Below are positions 23,972 to 30,514 of a stretch of 64,000 nt of DNA, piece after piece. The notes beneath the pieces were generated by a model. The model made no database searches, was not told where the DNA came from, and saw only the letters and a list, made by a program, of their open reading frames with translations. This DNA comes from Streptosporangiaceae bacterium (GTDB lineage: Bacteria; Actinomycetota; Actinomycetes; Streptosporangiales; Streptosporangiaceae): assembly GCA_036555725.1 (NCBI GenBank), contig DATBKU010000039.1, forward strand, positions 742 to 64,741, given 5' to 3'. The first letter of the stretch is position 1. Each line of letters starts with the position of its first letter. Position numbers and translations under genes: made by a program.

Positions 23972-24595
23972 CTAAATGGACTCTGCGGATGCGTTTAGGC
24001 GCGGGGGTGCGGGTGCCGCGTCGGCGATCTGGCCGATCACGACCTCGGCGCGGCGGAGTATCTGTTCCCCCTGGCCGAACCCGTCGGCCCGCACCGCTAC
24101 GACGGCGCCGTCGAGCACCAGGTCCGTGACCGGCGCGGTGTCGACCGGCCGGTGCCGTACCGGGTCGAAGCGCTCGCCGGGCTCGACCGCCAGGCGCTCG
24201 GCGCCGGTACGGGCCAGCGCGTCGGCGATCTCGTCGGCGATGGCCGCCAGCAACGGCGCGGCGTGCACCGCGTCTGGCCGATCCGGCGCGGCCCACCGCC
24301 CCGACTCACGGCGCACCATGTCGTGCAGCCGGTACAGCGCGGTGCGTACCGGATCGAGCATGGCCTGCAGCTCACCGCGGCGCAGCATCTGGTTGTCGTC
24401 GTGCAGCCGATCGATGACCGCCTCGCGGTGCGCGGCGCGTTCGTGTTCACGCTCCGTAAGCGCGCTCAGGCGTTCCAAAGTGGCCTGAACCGCGGCCAGC
24501 CCATCACTCAGGGCGATTTCGGCATCGGAGGTGGGCCGGGTGAACGCAGCGGGAACGGCGCCGTTGTCGCTGGGGGAAGTATGTGCACTCGACAC
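23972..24595 (-). CDS. GrpE-like nucleotide exchange factor
   Basis: GTG start. Long coiled-coil-like N-terminal half, then GERFDPVRHRPVDTAP...VVAVRADGFGQGEQILRRAEVVIG, which matches the GrpE C-terminal FDPxxH ... R.A.V.V pattern. The stop lies 12 nt before the Hsp70-like ATG. Confidence 0.7.
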   Translation of the reverse strand: MSSAHTSPSDNGAVPAAFTRPTSDAEIALSDGLAAVQATLERLSALTEREHERAAHREAVIDRLHDDNQMLRRGELQAMLDPVRTALYRLHDMVRRESGRWAAPDRPDAVHAAPLLAAIADEIADALARTGAERLAVEPGERFDPVRHRPVDTAPVTDLVLDGAVVAVRADGFGQGEQILRRAEVVIGQIADAAPAPPRLNASAESI

Positions 24596-24675
24596 GTGGA
24601 CAAACCCTAACGGTCGGTAACCCTTAACGATAGCCCAGCATGCCGAAACAGCTGAGCATTCTCTGTGTCGATACT

Positions 24676-24718
24676 GCCGTGAATCACGCCGGAAACGTAG
24701 GCCCTGCAGCCGTGAATC
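24676..24718. promoter_or_regulatory. direct repeat GCCGTGAATC x2 (33-bp spacing) upstream of the GrpE-like operon
   Basis: Copies at 24676-24685 and 24709-24718, 80-125 nt upstream of the GTG at 24595. The function is inferred only from position. Confidence 0.25.
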
Positions 24719-25021
24719 CCGCGATCAGGAGTAGATTATCCGAGGTCAGCGGCGGTCACACTGTTTGCCGCGTATCCGGGTCTGTTGCCCTTCGGGAAGC
24801 CCGGTTCGTGCCCACCGGCCCCGGCGTGTTCGGCGGCATCGACACGCCCGGCGTCCGGCCGGTGCCGCCGCGGCGCCGACGGCACGCCCTACGGCTTGGC
24901 CCGTCAGCGGGCCCGAGGTAGTGGTGCGCGTCGCCCGCCGATCGCGACGACCCAACCCCTTCACATCGCCATCCGGATCCCCTCGTTAGGCGTGATGACT
25001 CGGCTATTTTCCGACGACAAA

Positions 25022-25050
25022 GGCCTGACAAACGATTGCATTGTCAGGCC
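25022..25050. promoter_or_regulatory. 29-bp palindrome/hairpin GGCCTGACAA-ACGATTGCA-TTGTCAGGCC containing a LacI-type operator core
   Basis: Perfect 10-bp arms. The loop and inner arms contain CAAACGATTGCATTG, identical to 7662-7676. Confidence 0.4.
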
Positions 25051-25107
25051 GCCGAAATGCCGTCAGGTGACATGTCATGGAACCATCGTCGATGCGGATG
25101 CCGATTG

Positions 25108-25132
25108 TGGACACATTGGCCGATTGTGTCCA
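25108..25132. promoter_or_regulatory. inverted repeat TGGACACA-N9-TGTGTCCA
   Basis: Perfect 8-bp arms about 190 nt upstream of the first kinase ATG. A GCCGATTGTG direct repeat overlaps both arms. Confidence 0.25.
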
Positions 25133-25323
25133 AATAATGGGGATGCCGGGATACGCACCGGTAGGTATGAGTTGGTCAAAAGACTCAGTCTGCCCGATTT
25201 ACATGCGCTAGCTTCGGCGTAGTCCCCACGACGACGCACGAGAGTGCGAGGGGGGTGTCGTGCCAAAGAGGGCCTCGACACTGCGTAGAGAGGTGTTGTC
25301 CTGGCTTTAGGAAGTTGATCAAG

Positions 25324-26565
25324 ATGGGTTCGAAGCCGATCGGCCCGTACGAGGCGCTGCGCAAACTGGGCTCGGGGGGAATGGGGACCGTCTATCTCGC
25401 CCTGGACGCAGAAGGTCATACGGTGGCGGTCAAGGTGATCCACCCGCACGTGGCCGAAGACATGAACGGCCTGAAGCGGCTGGCCAGAGAAGTCGAGACC
25501 ATGAAACGGGTGGCGAGTCCGTATGTGGCCGAGTTGCTCGACGCCGATTTGACCGGCAGCCATCCCTACATCGTCACCCGTTATGTGCAGGGCCGGTCAT
25601 TGCAAGACGTGGTCACGCGGCGCGGCACGCTGACCGGTGACCAGCTATGGACACTGGGTAAGGGACTCGCCGCCGCGTTGGACGCGATCCACGGAGCCGA
25701 CGTTATCCACCGGGACCTCACGCCCGGCAATGTCATGCTCTCCGATGGCGTTCCCATCGTCATTGATTTCGGCATCGCCCGGGCATTTGACGCGACGCGT
25801 ATCACCCAGACCATGATTGGCACCCCCGGCTATGTCGCCCCCGAAGTGATTCGGGGGGAACGCGCGGGGCCGCCGGCCGACGTCTTTTCTTGGGCGGCCA
25901 CGATGATCTACGCCGCCACCGGCAAAAGGTGCTTCGACGGCAAAAATCTCATGGAGGTTTTTCAACGCACGCTCGAAGCGGAGCCGGATCTCACCGGCGT
26001 CCCGCGTGATCTGCTGCCGGTGCTGTGGAAATCCTTGCGCAAGGATCCATCCGAGCGGCCGTCGCTGGCCGGGGTGATCGGCACCGTCTCCACTCTCGCA
26101 CCCGACACGACGTGGCCGGCCGTGCCGTCGCGGCGCACGTCGGCGAGCCGGCTCCCAGGGCTGTGGGCGGCCGCCGGGGAGGCGCGCGAACGGGGCGACA
26201 TCAATCGTGCGGCCGAGCTCTACGCCGAGGTTTGGAAGGTCGCCATCAGCAACGAAGATCCTGGCAGCGAGATGTTCGCGCTCTACCAGCTCGGGTGGGC
26301 GGCGGAGTCCCGCCTCGACTATGGCGCGGCCCACGGCTTCTACGAGCAAGCGCTGCAGGCCGCGAAATCCGTGGACGCCGCGTCCATCCAGGCGCTGGCG
26401 CTGCGTGAGCTGGAGCAGCTCTCCCGCATGAGGGGCGATACGGACGCCGCGCGCGCCTACGCGGAGGAAGCGCGCCACGTGCTGGACAAGAGGTACAAGG
26501 CCGGTTATCCCCGGCTCCCGGACGGGGACAGCGAGCCCTTCGTGCGGCCGTGGGTGCGCGGGTAG
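25324..26565 (+). CDS. Hanks-type Ser/Thr protein kinase with C-terminal TPR-like module (soluble)
   Basis: GSGGMGTVY G-loop, VAVKV, HRDLTPGN catalytic loop, DFG and APE. The C-terminal ~120 aa contain TPR-like helices. No TM segment. Confidence 0.9.
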   Translation: MGSKPIGPYEALRKLGSGGMGTVYLALDAEGHTVAVKVIHPHVAEDMNGLKRLAREVETMKRVASPYVAELLDADLTGSHPYIVTRYVQGRSLQDVVTRRGTLTGDQLWTLGKGLAAALDAIHGADVIHRDLTPGNVMLSDGVPIVIDFGIARAFDATRITQTMIGTPGYVAPEVIRGERAGPPADVFSWAATMIYAATGKRCFDGKNLMEVFQRTLEAEPDLTGVPRDLLPVLWKSLRKDPSERPSLAGVIGTVSTLAPDTTWPAVPSRRTSASRLPGLWAAAGEARERGDINRAAELYAEVWKVAISNEDPGSEMFALYQLGWAAESRLDYGAAHGFYEQALQAAKSVDAASIQALALRELEQLSRMRGDTDAARAYAEEARHVLDKRYKAGYPRLPDGDSEPFVRPWVRG

Positions 26566-26580
26566 CGATAGGTGGCTATA

Positions 26581-26607
26581 TTTGTGATGCACACTTTGTG
26601 ATGCACA
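26581..26607. repeat. tandem direct repeat TTTGTGATGCACA x2 (14-bp period) in the inter-kinase spacer
   Basis: Copies at 26581-26593 and 26595-26607, read directly. AT-rich and 70-95 nt upstream of the second kinase ATG. Each copy has a TGTG..CACA symmetric core. Confidence 0.6.
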
Positions 26608-26676
26608 TAAACTAGGCGTTACTTGATCGGTGCTGTCGGAATGGGGCGTCCCCCGCGGCCCTGGGAGTGGATCACG

Positions 26677-27918
26677 ATGCATCCGGATCGGGTCGGCCCG
26701 TACGAGGTGCTGCGCAGACTGGGCAGCGGCGGAATGGGTTCGGTCTACCTGGCTCTGGACGAAGACGGCCACACCGTCGCGGTCAAGGTGATCCATCCGC
26801 ATGTCGCCGAGGACGTGAACGGCCTGCGCCGGCTGGCCCGCGAGGTGGCGGCCATGAAGCGGGTGGCGAGCCCGTTCGTCGCCGAGCTGCTGGACGCCGA
26901 CCTCGACGCCGACCCCGCTTACCTCGTCACCCGCTACGTGCAGGGCCTGTCGCTGCAGGAGCTCGTCGAGCGGCGCGGCCCGCTGACCGGTGAGGCGCTG
27001 TCGAGCCTGGGCCAGGGCCTGGTGACGGCGCTGGACGCCGTCCACGGCGTCGACGTCGTGCATCGGGACCTCACCCCGCGCAACGTCATGATGGCCGACG
27101 GCGTCCCGACGGTGATCGACTTCGGCATCGCGCAGGCCTTCGACGCGACCCGCATCACCCAGACCCTGATCGGCACGCCCGGGTTCGTGGCGCCGGAGGT
27201 GATCCAGGGCGAGCGGGCCGGCCCGGAGGCGGACATCTTCTCCTGGGCGGCCACGATGGTCTTCGCCGCGACCGGCCACAAGTGCTTCGGCGGCCGGAAC
27301 TTCCTGGAGACCCTGCACCGGACGCTGGCCAAGGACCCCGACCTGTCCGGCGTGCCGCACGAGCTGACCACCATCCTCGCCCGCTCGCTGCGCAAGGACC
27401 CCGCCCGGCGTCCGCCGATCAACGCGCTGATCGCGGGCATCTTCATCAAGTCCCCGGGCGAGGCGCCGCCGGTTCCGTCGCAGCGGCAGAGCCCCGCGAG
27501 CCGGGTCGCCGCCCTGTGGTCCGCGGCGGGGCAGGCTCGGGAGAAGGGCGAGCACGGCCGGGCCGAGGCGCTGTACGGCGAGGTACGGCAGCTCGCGGTC
27601 AAGTCAAAAGACCTGGCCGGCGAGATGTTCGCCACCTACCAGCTGGCGTCCGCCGCCGAGCACCGCCGAGACTACGGCGCCGCACAGGACTTCTACGGCC
27701 GGGTACAGGACATCGCCAGGAGACTGCGCTCGCCGACCATCGAGGCGCAGGCGCTCCAGGGCCTCGAACGCCTGGCCCGCATGACCGACAACACGAACCT
27801 GGCCTGGGCCTACGCCGAGCAGGCCCGGCGGGTGGTGGCCGACAAACACACCCAGGGTTATCCGAAGCAATTCGAAGAGCCCGACGGCGAGCCCCTGTTG
27901 CGGCCCTGGACGCCCTGA
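26677..27918 (+). CDS. Hanks-type Ser/Thr protein kinase with C-terminal TPR-like module (paralogue of 25324..26565)
   Basis: Same architecture as the first kinase and collinear with it over the full length. HRDLTPRN catalytic loop. Confidence 0.9.
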   Translation: MHPDRVGPYEVLRRLGSGGMGSVYLALDEDGHTVAVKVIHPHVAEDVNGLRRLAREVAAMKRVASPFVAELLDADLDADPAYLVTRYVQGLSLQELVERRGPLTGEALSSLGQGLVTALDAVHGVDVVHRDLTPRNVMMADGVPTVIDFGIAQAFDATRITQTLIGTPGFVAPEVIQGERAGPEADIFSWAATMVFAATGHKCFGGRNFLETLHRTLAKDPDLSGVPHELTTILARSLRKDPARRPPINALIAGIFIKSPGEAPPVPSQRQSPASRVAALWSAAGQAREKGEHGRAEALYGEVRQLAVKSKDLAGEMFATYQLASAAEHRRDYGAAQDFYGRVQDIARRLRSPTIEAQALQGLERLARMTDNTNLAWAYAEQARRVVADKHTQGYPKQFEEPDGEPLLRPWTP

Positions 27919-27926
27919 GGCCCTGC

Positions 27927-29348
27927 TCAACGCGGGTGGGGCAGGGCGCACGCGACCGCGGCGGCCGCCAGCGCGAGCGCGGCCTGGGCGACCTCCACCG
28001 TCACCGTCGCCGCGCCGTACCCGTGGTCGGCCGCGAGCGTGAAGAACAGCGTGCCGATCCCGGCCACGCCGAGCGACAGCGCGATCTGCTGCGTGGTCAC
28101 CAGCACTCCACTCGCCAGCCCGGCCTGCTCGGCGGGGACCTCTGACAGCACCACCCCGAACAGCGGCACCGCCACAAGTGACTGGGCGACGCCGACGACC
28201 ATCAGCGCCGGGGCGAGCGTGAGCGGCGTCAGGCCCGAGTAGCCGGCGGCGGCCTGGACGGCGAGGACGCCATTGGCCAGCGCGAGCACGAGCGCCCCCG
28301 CCACCATCACGGACCGGTCGTAGCGCGCGAACAGCCGCCGGGTCAGCAGCGAGCCGATGAGGAACGCCACGGCGTACGGCACGAGGGTGAGGCTCGACGT
28401 CAGCGCGCTCGCGCCCAGCCCGGCCTGCAGCGTCACGGGTGTGGCGAACAGCAGCCCCGCGTAACCGGGGAAGAGCGCCAGCGCGAGCAGCAGGCCGCGG
28501 CGCATGCCGGTGGCGCGCAGCAGGGCCGGCGGCAGCAGCGGCGTCCCGCCACCGCGGGCCGAGCGCCGCTGCGCCGCGGCGAACGCGACGCCGGCGACGG
28601 GCGCGCCGGCGAGGACGGCCCAGCACCACCACGGCCAGCCCTCGTCCCGGCCGAGGGACAGCGGCACCAGCAGCGCCACGATGGTCAGGCCCAGCAGGGC
28701 GGCGCCTCTCGCGTCGATCGGGGCCGGACGATCGGCGCGGCTGTCCGGCACCACCCGCCGCGCGACGATCACCCCGGCAATGCCGATCGGCACGTTGATG
28801 AGGAACGCCGGGCGCCAGCTCAGCCCGGCGATGTCGGCGGAGACGATGACGCCGCCGAGGATCAGCCCCACAGCGGCCGCGATCGCCAGCCCGGCCCCGA
28901 AGATGCCGAGCGCCCGCTGCCGCGCCCGCCCCGTGTACGCGATCTGGATCGTGGCCAGCACCTGCGGCACCATCAGCGCCGCCGTCGCGCCCTGGGCGAT
29001 CCGGGCGGCGATCAGCACCCCGGCCGTCGGCGCCAGCCCGCAGGCGGCCGACATCAGGGTGAAGCCGGCCATCCCGGTGACGAACAGCCGTCGCCGTCCG
29101 TACATGTCGCCCAGTCGCCCGCCGACGACGAGCAGGCACGCGTAGGCGACCAGATACCCGGCCACGACCAGCTCGAGCGCCGCCGGCCCGGCGTGCAGGG
29201 CCCGGCTCACCGTCGGCAGCGCACCGTTGACGATCATCACGTCGGCGGTGTTGAGCATGTTGCCGAGCAGAACGACGGGCAACAGCCACCGGCTGGCCGG
29301 CCGCGCGGCCGGGATGGACGTGGTCGGCCCGGCGGTTGTCATGGTCAT
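27927..29348 (-). CDS. MFS transporter, DHA2/EmrB-like (14-TM drug:H+ antiporter type)
   Basis: GRLGDMYGRRRLF motif A and about 14 hydrophobic segments. Confidence 0.85.
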   Translation of the reverse strand: MTMTTAGPTTSIPAARPASRWLLPVVLLGNMLNTADVMIVNGALPTVSRALHAGPAALELVVAGYLVAYACLLVVGGRLGDMYGRRRLFVTGMAGFTLMSAACGLAPTAGVLIAARIAQGATAALMVPQVLATIQIAYTGRARQRALGIFGAGLAIAAAVGLILGGVIVSADIAGLSWRPAFLINVPIGIAGVIVARRVVPDSRADRPAPIDARGAALLGLTIVALLVPLSLGRDEGWPWWCWAVLAGAPVAGVAFAAAQRRSARGGGTPLLPPALLRATGMRRGLLLALALFPGYAGLLFATPVTLQAGLGASALTSSLTLVPYAVAFLIGSLLTRRLFARYDRSVMVAGALVLALANGVLAVQAAAGYSGLTPLTLAPALMVVGVAQSLVAVPLFGVVLSEVPAEQAGLASGVLVTTQQIALSLGVAGIGTLFFTLAADHGYGAATVTVEVAQAALALAAAAVACALPHPR

Positions 29349-29432
29349 GGCAACCAGCCTGCCGCCGGACTTAACCTGTTACCAGAAGCCTGCTTATCCT
29401 GGTACTAGGAACAACCGGCAAGAGGTGATCCG

Positions 29433-30320
29433 ATGACGGCGACCACGGCCACGGCCGTCGACCACGGCCGGGCCAGGCGCGACGAGCTCGCCGCCTTCCT
29501 CCGCTCTCGCCGCGACCGGCTCGCGCCGGAGGCCGTGGGGCTGCCGCGCGGCCGGCGCCGACGGGCCCCCGGGCTGCGCCGCGAAGAGGTCGCGCAGCTG
29601 GCCGGGGTCGGGGTGACCTGGTACACCTGGCTGGAACAGGGCCGGTCGATCAACGTCTCGGCCCAGGTGCTCTCGGCCGTCGCCCGGGCGCTGCGGCTCT
29701 CGGACGACGAGCGCGATCACCTGTTCACGCTGGCCGGCCTGCCGCGTCCGGGCACCGAGCGCGCCGACGACATCGTGACCAGCGCCGTGTACGCGATCCT
29801 CGACAGCCTGGAGCCGCTGCCCGCCCACGTCGTCACCGCGCGGTACGACGTGGTCGCCTGGAACCCGGCCGACGGCAGGCTGCTCGGCGACTTCGCCCCG
29901 CTGCCCCCGCACCGGCGCAACCTGCTATGGCTGATGTTCACCGAGCCGGTGTACCGCGACATGTTCGGCGGCTGGGACAGCGAGATGTACCGGCAGCTCG
30001 TGGGCCGGTTCCGCCGCACGTTCGCCGCCCACGTCGACGAACCGGCGTGGCAGGCCCTGGTGACCGAGCTGTCGGCGCGCTCACCGGCCTTCCGCAAGCA
30101 CTGGGAACGGCACGAGGTCACCTCGTACGCGCCGAGCGCGAAGACCCTGGTCCACCCCTTGATCGGGCCGATCCGGCTCGCGGTGACCAGCCTGTGGATC
30201 GCCGACCAGCCGGGCGCCCGCATCGTCGTCTACGCGCCGCTCGACCATGAGGGGCGCGACGGGCTGGAGCGGCTCAACCAGCAGGCCCCGTGGGTGCCGT
30301 GGACACAACAGGATCCCTGA
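29433..30320 (+). CDS. MmyB-like XRE-family transcriptional regulator
   Basis: LRREEVAQLAGVGVTWYTWLEQGR HTH and an MmyB-type C-terminal ligand domain. Divergent from the MFS gene. Confidence 0.85.
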   Translation: MTATTATAVDHGRARRDELAAFLRSRRDRLAPEAVGLPRGRRRRAPGLRREEVAQLAGVGVTWYTWLEQGRSINVSAQVLSAVARALRLSDDERDHLFTLAGLPRPGTERADDIVTSAVYAILDSLEPLPAHVVTARYDVVAWNPADGRLLGDFAPLPPHRRNLLWLMFTEPVYRDMFGGWDSEMYRQLVGRFRRTFAAHVDEPAWQALVTELSARSPAFRKHWERHEVTSYAPSAKTLVHPLIGPIRLAVTSLWIADQPGARIVVYAPLDHEGRDGLERLNQQAPWVPWTQQDP

Positions 30321-30399
30321 ACCGCGAACCTGTCGGGAGTAATCAGCGTCATCGTTTGCGTTGTTTCTAAAGACCGCACAAGGCGCGATCGCATAGCCT

Positions 30400-30510
30400 G
30401 TGCGGCGAGGGGAGTACTTCTCAAGCGCCGTCCCGGTCAGTACGGGCTTCCATCGCGGAGTCCCCGGGCGGCCGCCCGCAGCCGTGGGTGAAGGAGACCT
30501 CGGGATCGTG
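30400..30510 (+). promoter_or_regulatory. yybP-ykoY-like (Mn2+) riboswitch in the TerC leader
   Basis: 5' CGAGGGGAGUA and 3' GGAGACCUCG can form a P1-like closing helix (CGAGG/CCUCG). They carry the conserved GGGGAGUA and GAGACC blocks as I recall the family consensus. The downstream gene is TerC, a classic yybP-ykoY target. Confidence 0.6.
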
Positions 30511-30514
30511 ACGT

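Noticed and set aside
25022-25050. The 10-bp-stem hairpin as an intrinsic terminator.
   Set aside because: There is no U-tract on either strand, no upstream gene ends nearby, and the loop carries an operator-like word. A protein-binding palindrome seems more likely.
24596-25323. CIRCE or HAIR heat-shock operators, and protein-coding ORFs (24640..24921, 24785..25222, 25075..25563), in the large intergenic region.
   Set aside because: I could not find matches to TTAGCACTC-N9-GAGTGCTAA or CTTGAGT-N7-ACTCAAG by eye. The ORFs have mixed third-position composition and no recognisable motifs.
14416-27918. Calling the GTPase/Hsp70/kinase block a mobile genomic island.
   Set aside because: No integrase, transposase, tRNA, flanking direct repeats or clear GC shift are visible. 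Only the possible truncated ATPase remnant hints at insertion, so it is reported as a hypothesis rather than as a mobile element.
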